Positions 58,843 to 64,000 of a stretch of DNA of 64,000 nt are shown here, piece after piece. Source of the DNA: Candidatus Dojkabacteria bacterium (lineage in GTDB: Bacteria; Patescibacteriota; Dojkabacteria; JAHIVN01); contig JAFGDO010000003.1 in NCBI GenBank assembly GCA_016932045.1, positions 12,115-76,114 on the forward strand, given 5' to 3'. The notes below the pieces were generated by a model. It worked only from the letters and a program-made list of their open reading frames with translations. It did not search any database and had not been told where the DNA came from. Position 1 is the stretch's first letter; each line of letters starts with the position of its first letter. The position numbers were made by a program, and so were the translations under genes.

Positions 58843-59457
58843 ATGAATCTTCATGCACCTACAATTATAGAGACTAATGTACAACCATGTCTAATAACAA
58901 GTTTTTGGAGTGCAGCTCTCTGTGAAACAGAATTCCCGGGGATCTTAGAACGTATCGAGAGAGAAAGGGGAAAAATCTTATTCCTGGGAAATGGTCTAAG
59001 TGACATACCACTTATTCCGGCTGCATTACTCTCAAAAGGAATCCTCGATCAACCTGCGACTATAGTTGATGTTTTCGACTACATGCTGCTCAAAGACGAT
59101 ATCTATGCTGTTTACGAGTTACTAAAGGGTAATGGTCCTATCCCTCAAAACCTCTGGTATATTCTAAATAAAACCGTTTTTCTATGCAATGCAATTAGCC
59201 TAGGAAGATTAAAAGTGATTCAGTATTGCTTCGGAACTTCAAATATCCCAGCCGAACTACTCAACTCCAACTTAGTCGTAAATCTCTGGGGGCCTCCCAT
59301 AACAACACTTCACGAACAGCTTGCACTTTTAACAGTCGGAGGAGAATTGTACCTAAAAGGTATAGAAACCCGCCATCTTGTACTCAGCGCAGAGTTTGAA
59401 TTCACTCCTCTTGCAAAAGGCGTTGGGGGTATCATCCAAAGAATAGCTAATTCTTAA
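58843..59457 (+). CDS. hypothetical protein
   Basis: 204-aa ORF. Possible Rossmann-like ILFLGNGLSD, otherwise no motif. Confidence 0.4.
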   Translation: MNLHAPTIIETNVQPCLITSFWSAALCETEFPGILERIERERGKILFLGNGLSDIPLIPAALLSKGILDQPATIVDVFDYMLLKDDIYAVYELLKGNGPIPQNLWYILNKTVFLCNAISLGRLKVIQYCFGTSNIPAELLNSNLVVNLWGPPITTLHEQLALLTVGGELYLKGIETRHLVLSAEFEFTPLAKGVGGIIQRIANS

Positions 59458-59846
59458 GAGACTGTATTTGCAAGATTATACATTGGCATATAAACAACTA
59501 GCGACAGAAAAGCAACAAAACCGCAGGTTAAAAGAATTCCTGGAATAACGTATAGGAGAATGAGCATCTTCTTGCCAACATTTCTAAGTAGGTATGCAAT
59601 ACCAAGCGAGATCAATAAAATGAAAATAAGAACTACTGGGAGAAATATAAACCAGAACTGCGTAAAGTATTCTGTAGACCTGACAAAAAATAATGTAAGA
59701 ACAGGCAGATCTGCCCCGAATTCTTCGTACAATTTAGAAACACTTGGCGTGAAGATAAGCGAGTTGATCAGAAACACACCAAACAAAACAGAAAGAACTA
59801 TGAAGTTAATAGCTGATATTTTTAAAAATTTACTCCCCGATTCCAT
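59454..59846 (-). CDS. small integral membrane protein (4 TM)
   Basis: 130-aa hydrophobic ORF. Confidence 0.4.
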   Translation of the reverse strand: MESGSKFLKISAINFIVLSVLFGVFLINSLIFTPSVSKLYEEFGADLPVLTLFFVRSTEYFTQFWFIFLPVVLIFILLISLGIAYLLRNVGKKMLILLYVIPGILLTCGFVAFLSLVVYMPMYNLANTVS

Positions 59847-59985
59847 AATAAATAAAAAAAATATTAGTTAGCATATTCTATCTAAATAAAGATAATTTGT
59901 CATGTGAAGGAAGAGCTATGCCAAAGTAAAGTCATAAGTAGTACTTACAGTGATATGCCCTGGTTACTTTCAAAATTCTAACGAA

Positions 59986-60387
59986 TCAAGCAGCAAGGGG
60001 TACATCACTATTACCTAATTGTAACTGTATTATTGGAACGACAACACTGGGAAATACATGATTTGTAAAAATTGCTTCAGCAACTTCCCCAGGGATCATT
60101 CTACTACCTTCTATACCTCTTGGGATGAAATGAGTTGCTACAAATCTTGTTTGTAGATTTACTACTACTTGAACCTGCATAACAGCTCCGGGATATCCTT
60201 GATGTACAATATTTGCAAATATCACACCACGATCATTTATACCTACTGCCACAGCATAAGCATCCTCATCATCGGGATCTACTTCTGGAATCATGATTTC
60301 AGGACGAAAAGCGACATCTAAACCAGATGGTCTGTAATCATTGAAATCTGTTTCTTTTTCAGTTTCTCCCATATTATCCGTATTCAA
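59986..60387 (-). CDS. hypothetical protein
   Basis: 133-aa ORF, no motif. Confidence 0.35.
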   Translation of the reverse strand: MNTDNMGETEKETDFNDYRPSGLDVAFRPEIMIPEVDPDDEDAYAVAVGINDRGVIFANIVHQGYPGAVMQVQVVVNLQTRFVATHFIPRGIEGSRMIPGEVAEAIFTNHVFPSVVVPIIQLQLGNSDVPLAA

Positions 60388-60498
60388 ACAAGCCCATATT
60401 AATTATATTGCAAGAATAATATATCTCAAAATGAAAGCCCCATATCTACTGCCTTCTAATCTTTGTGCATTATTATAACTCGAAAATTCTGTTAATCT

Positions 60499-61272
60499 TT
60501 GCTACAATTCTTTTATAACTTGGTCGATAAGAAAATGCTAGAGAGTCCTGATAGTACTTGGAAAGAAAAGTCTTATACTTCACAGGAAGCAGTTCAACAT
60601 TTTGTTGATGCCATATCCCGCGCTGATGGAGAATTAATTCCACTGCCTGGAGTAAGATCGAAGCTAGACGAACCTTTATTCATTTCAGCACGTATCGGAC
60701 GAACAGACTTTTGGGGTGATAGGGTCGATGCAATCCTACTTATCGATGTATTTGCTGAGCGTAATGGCGACTTCGAACCAGTTGGGCACTACGACTGGGT
60801 TATAAAGGATCAATCTGCACTTGGTAACAAAAACAGACATGGCCACCTTGAGCAACCGCAAGAGGCTCATCGCAAAGCTGTAAGAAAATGGTCAACAGGA
60901 GAAGCATTTAAAGTTGATGAAACAACTTTTTTCAACTATGCAATGCAGCATGGAGGAATGAGGGGAATGACTGAACTCCGGCAAGCAGGTGTGATTACAG
61001 ATGAAAGTCAATGGCAGGAACGAATATATCAAAGACTTAATGTTGGAGAACATAGGGTTGGAATTGGAAGCCTAATGCTAGTTGCCTCTGCCTGCGTTCT
61101 TCGCAGCTGGGGGATAAACGAACTTGAAGTAGGTTCCCTCTCCCCTTCTGCAAGAGGCGTCTGGGCAAAGTTTGGAAGAACCGACGGGTCGCCTATTAAT
61201 GTTCAGAGGATCTTAGTCCACCCCGTTGCAGTCTCAACAGCAGAGTCATTCCTTAGAAATTCAGAAACTTAA
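60499..61272 (+). CDS. hypothetical protein
   Basis: 257-aa ORF, no motif recognised. Confidence 0.4.
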   Translation: MLQFFYNLVDKKMLESPDSTWKEKSYTSQEAVQHFVDAISRADGELIPLPGVRSKLDEPLFISARIGRTDFWGDRVDAILLIDVFAERNGDFEPVGHYDWVIKDQSALGNKNRHGHLEQPQEAHRKAVRKWSTGEAFKVDETTFFNYAMQHGGMRGMTELRQAGVITDESQWQERIYQRLNVGEHRVGIGSLMLVASACVLRSWGINELEVGSLSPSARGVWAKFGRTDGSPINVQRILVHPVAVSTAESFLRNSET

Positions 61273-61346
61273 AAAGTTTATATCAGGGCTTTTTTGTGTT
61301 ATATTTTACATAACAATCTACTACTTTATTTTAAATTAAAAATACT

Positions 61347-62120
61347 ATGGAAGGCACACTTCTTGGCTGTTCCACTACCCTTTTTGTAATTGTTGGACTT
61401 ATACTTCTGATGATCCTACTCTCCGGAATCAAGCTTCTTTACCAATACGAACGCGGCGTGGTTTTCACACTTGGTAAATACTCAAGAACTTTAAATCCGG
61501 GTTTGAATATTGTCATCCCGGTTTTACAAACCATGCGAAAGGTTGATATGAGGATTAAGACTAGTGATATACCAAGACAGGAAGTAATGACCAAAGACAA
61601 TATTCCAGTACTTGCAAACGCAGTTGTTTACTACAAAGTTGAAAGACCCGAAGATGCGATCATAAAAATTCAATCATATGACTATGCCGTAACTCAATAT
61701 ACTCAAGCAGCTCTTCGTGATGTAATCGGTAACTCAGAACTTGATGTAGTTCTAACTCAAAGAGAAGAAGTCGCCTCGAGTATCAAACAGATCGTTGATC
61801 AAGAAACATCCGACTGGGGCATAAATATTGAGGCAATCAAAATTCAGGAAATAGAACTTCCTGCTGAGATGAAACGAGTAATGGCAAAACAAGCAGAAGC
61901 TGAAAGAGAAAGAAGAGCTGTAATCATTGCTGCAGATGGCGAACTAAAAGCATCTGAAAATCTTTTGAGAGCTGCTATAAATCTATCCCAGAACCCAACA
62001 GCACTGCAACTTAGAACCCTTCAGACAATCCGCGATATTGCATCTGATCCAAGCGAAAAAATAGTTATGTTTATGCCTTTAGAAGCATCAGATATTCTAA
62101 AGAATGTATTAAAAAGATAA
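61347..62120 (+). CDS. SPFH/band-7 (stomatin/prohibitin-like) membrane protein
   Basis: N-terminal TM, then YERGVVFTLGKY...PGLNIVIPVLQTMRKVDMRIKT, the core SPFH signature. C-terminal coiled-coil AKQAEAERERRA. Confidence 0.85.
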   Translation: MEGTLLGCSTTLFVIVGLILLMILLSGIKLLYQYERGVVFTLGKYSRTLNPGLNIVIPVLQTMRKVDMRIKTSDIPRQEVMTKDNIPVLANAVVYYKVERPEDAIIKIQSYDYAVTQYTQAALRDVIGNSELDVVLTQREEVASSIKQIVDQETSDWGINIEAIKIQEIELPAEMKRVMAKQAEAERERRAVIIAADGELKASENLLRAAINLSQNPTALQLRTLQTIRDIASDPSEKIVMFMPLEASDILKNVLKR

Positions 62121-62123
62121 TAG

Positions 62124-62789
62124 ATGCTAGACACAAAAATACGTTATCTACAAATTGCATTTAATTATGACGTTGCTGCTGTTTCACGCATACTTCCAAC
62201 AATTCCCTTCGATGAACATATCTTTATAGAGGCCGGAACTCCATTCATAAAAAAAGAGGGTTCAAGAGGAATCAGGTACATATCAAGACTATGGCGCGGA
62301 ATAGTAGTTGCTGACACTAAGGTGTGTGACGGAGCAGTTGGAGAAGTAGACATGGCTCATCAAGCCGGAGCAGATGCCGCAACAGTAATTGGAAATGCAC
62401 CACCCGAGACAATCGATCTTTTTATCCAAAGGTGCAAAGAGCACAAGATGATCTCTATGATAGATATGGTAGGAGTAGCAAACCCTCTAAAGGTTGTCTT
62501 TAAAACAAAATACAAACCAGATGTTGTAGTTCTTCATAAAGGGCGGGACGAGGAGGAAACCAAGGGCAAGACAATTCCATACAAGCATATCAACAAGATT
62601 CGAAGCAAGTACGATTGTCTAATTTCTGCTGCAGGTGGTGTGGATCTGAAGGAATCCAGAAGCGCAATTTTTAACGGAGCAAATATCGTTGTAGTAAACA
62701 TAGTCAGACAAACTGACCCATGGCAAGGGATTGCGAGTAACGCAAATATAGCTCAAATGGCAAGGCAGTTTTTAAAGACTATAGAATAG
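62124..62789 (+). CDS. 3-hexulose-6-phosphate synthase-like / KGPDC-like protein (OMP-decarboxylase fold)
   Basis: YLQIAFNYD...FIEAGTPFIKKEG...IVVADTKVCDGAVGEVDMAHQAGADAATVIG aligns with HxlA (LQLALD...IVEIGTP.IK...VLADMKTMDAA...GAD). Confidence 0.65.
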   Translation: MLDTKIRYLQIAFNYDVAAVSRILPTIPFDEHIFIEAGTPFIKKEGSRGIRYISRLWRGIVVADTKVCDGAVGEVDMAHQAGADAATVIGNAPPETIDLFIQRCKEHKMISMIDMVGVANPLKVVFKTKYKPDVVVLHKGRDEEETKGKTIPYKHINKIRSKYDCLISAAGGVDLKESRSAIFNGANIVVVNIVRQTDPWQGIASNANIAQMARQFLKTIE

Positions 62790-63055
62790 CGAGTCATCCA
62801 AGGAAAGGAGAAATTGGGAAATTATTACTTGTTAAGAAAATGGAAATAAGAAAACTGTAGCCTCCCAATATATTCATCTAAGAAGCTGTTTAATGAATAT
62901 CTATTTCCCTCTTTTCAATCTCTTTACTAGTTACCAATTTCCACTCCCCATTTTCCATATATTTTATTCCTCTGTTCATAACATTCACACGGTGTGTAAT
63001 TCAGAATTGAATAACCACGTTATATAAGAACGATATAACTTACTTTGGGGATAAA

Positions 63056-63307
63056 ATGAATGAGGAACTGTTTATAAACATACCAGAGCTTCTCAGAGAT
63101 CCTGGAGTCCAACAGCAGGTTGCTGTCTTTGGCGATAAGGCTACACTGACTGCATGGAGACTATCTCATGGCCTAAGCCCACAGGATTTTCCGATACAAC
63201 CATCCTCATTTGGTCCTCATATAGACATATATGGCAATGACGTTGAAAGTTTAATCCCCAAAGACCGAATTCGACCATTTAGATCACTCGCTTCGAAAGA
63301 ACCTTAA
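63056..63307 (+). CDS. hypothetical small protein
   Basis: 83-aa ORF, no motif. Confidence 0.3.
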   Translation: MNEELFINIPELLRDPGVQQQVAVFGDKATLTAWRLSHGLSPQDFPIQPSSFGPHIDIYGNDVESLIPKDRIRPFRSLASKEP

Positions 63308-63495
63308 TCAATCTTTCTAACTCCACCTCATCTGTAATACACATTTTTCCATAGTGCATCAATTATTTTAACCTGATTGCTCCTCTAATTCCTTATACAC
63401 CCTGGGTGATCTATCATTCCAGTTATCCTATTAAGTAGTTACTATTCCCCAAAAATTATGTTATATTATTATTCAATTAATCATTAAAGAATATA

Positions 63496-64000
63496 TATGC
63501 AAGATCAAAATACACCAGTTACCCAGTCTCAAGAACAAGTTCAACAAGTCCCGACACAACCTGAAAGTGACAGTAAGAAAAAGCCAAATTCAATAATTAT
63601 TTTGTTCTTACTTCTCTTCACCTCCCTCCTCTCATGCGCCATTGGCATTGGAGTTTATTGGTTCCTTACAAAAGATAAGGAAGCAGAACCTGAGCAGAAA
63701 CAAAACTGCACACACAACAATGAAACTTATGACAATGGTGAAACATTTGATGCGGGTGATGATTGCAACGAATGCTTCTGTGATAATGGTAAAGTAACTT
63801 GCACACTACTTTCATGTGATACAGTCGATGAGACTCAATTAACAGAATATGAAAGTGATAACTTTAAGATGAAGTTTAAATATCCTTCAGAGTGGGGAGA
63901 AGTCGATGAAAGAGTAATTGACCAGAATGGTTCATCTGAAGTAATTATTTCCTTTACTGAAAATCCTTATCTATATTTGGAGGGAACTAATTCTAACTTT
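63496..64000 (+). CDS. partial secreted/membrane-anchored protein with Cys-rich module (continues past window end)
   Basis: ATG at 63496 and open to the window end (absent from the ORF table because it has no stop). Translation: MQDQNTPVTQSQEQ..., then TM IIILFLLLFTSLLSCAIGIGVYWFL, then CTHNNETYDNGETFDAGDDCNECFCDNGKVTCTLLSCD. Confidence 0.4.

Overview
The window is gene-dense, about 35-40% GC, and most genes are on the minus strand. It looks bacterial with a CPR/Patescibacteria-like streamlined genome; that lineage guess is an inference and was not tested. Supporting observations are weak or absent Shine-Dalgarno sequences, the ATP-dependent DNA ligase, the family-4 UDG and the many VirB2-like pilin paralogues.

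Housekeeping genes with clear motifs:
- ATP-dependent DNA ligase (KYDGLR motif).
- DNA polymerase I.
- FtsH.
- SmpB.
- GroES/GroEL, preceded by a CIRCE-like inverted repeat and followed by a perfect rho-independent terminator.
- FtsA.
- pfkB sugar/nucleoside kinase.
- Family-4 uracil-DNA glycosylase.
- B12-binding radical SAM protein.
- A frameshifted rsmI.
- L25/Ctc, Jag and YidC.
- SPFH/band-7 protein.
- HPS-like (3-hexulose-6-phosphate synthase-like, OMP-decarboxylase fold) protein.

RNA genes: an initiator tRNA-fMet with the C1xA72 mismatch, a tRNA-Met/Ile2 (CAU) and a tRNA-Ile with a UAU anticodon. No CRISPR array and no rRNA were seen.

Two regions stand out.

1. Positions 13.9-32.8 kb hold a T4SS-like surface/secretion gene set:
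- a VirB4/VirD4-class FtsK-HerA ATPase;
- a polytopic membrane protein;
- six paralogous VirB2/TrbC-like two-helix pilins sharing a conserved TM / GDxE-K loop / TM module, three of them with cysteine-rich ectodomains;
- a SpoIID/LytB cell-wall protein;
- a membrane-anchored ClpA/B-like double AAA+ ATPase whose D1 Walker-B glutamate is replaced (DNFD).

2. Positions 39.97-42.08 kb hold a compact three-gene plus-strand cluster. It consists of two paralogous proteins that fuse a nucleoside 2-deoxyribosyltransferase-like domain to a C-terminal ribbon-helix-helix DNA-binding domain, flanking a LOG/SLOG-like Rossmann protein. Directly repeated TATATATCAC boxes lie upstream, and the cluster sits next to a pfkB kinase and an atypically arranged PEP-utilising/ATP-grasp enzyme. 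I consider this the best candidate for an undescribed nucleotide-centred system, either autoregulated salvage or a conflict/signalling module.

Other notable items:
- a Lon-like protein containing only the ATPase module;
- a ~100-nt structured repeat with hairpin covariation found next to both tRNA-Met genes;
- a candidate sRNA in the 467-nt pfkB/PEP-enzyme spacer, with a sigma70-like promoter, a UUCG-capped stem and an intrinsic terminator;
- a recurring GATCTAGATGATC palindrome in intergenic regions.

All functional calls rest on motif-level reading of the supplied translations and remembered family signatures. No database searches were run.
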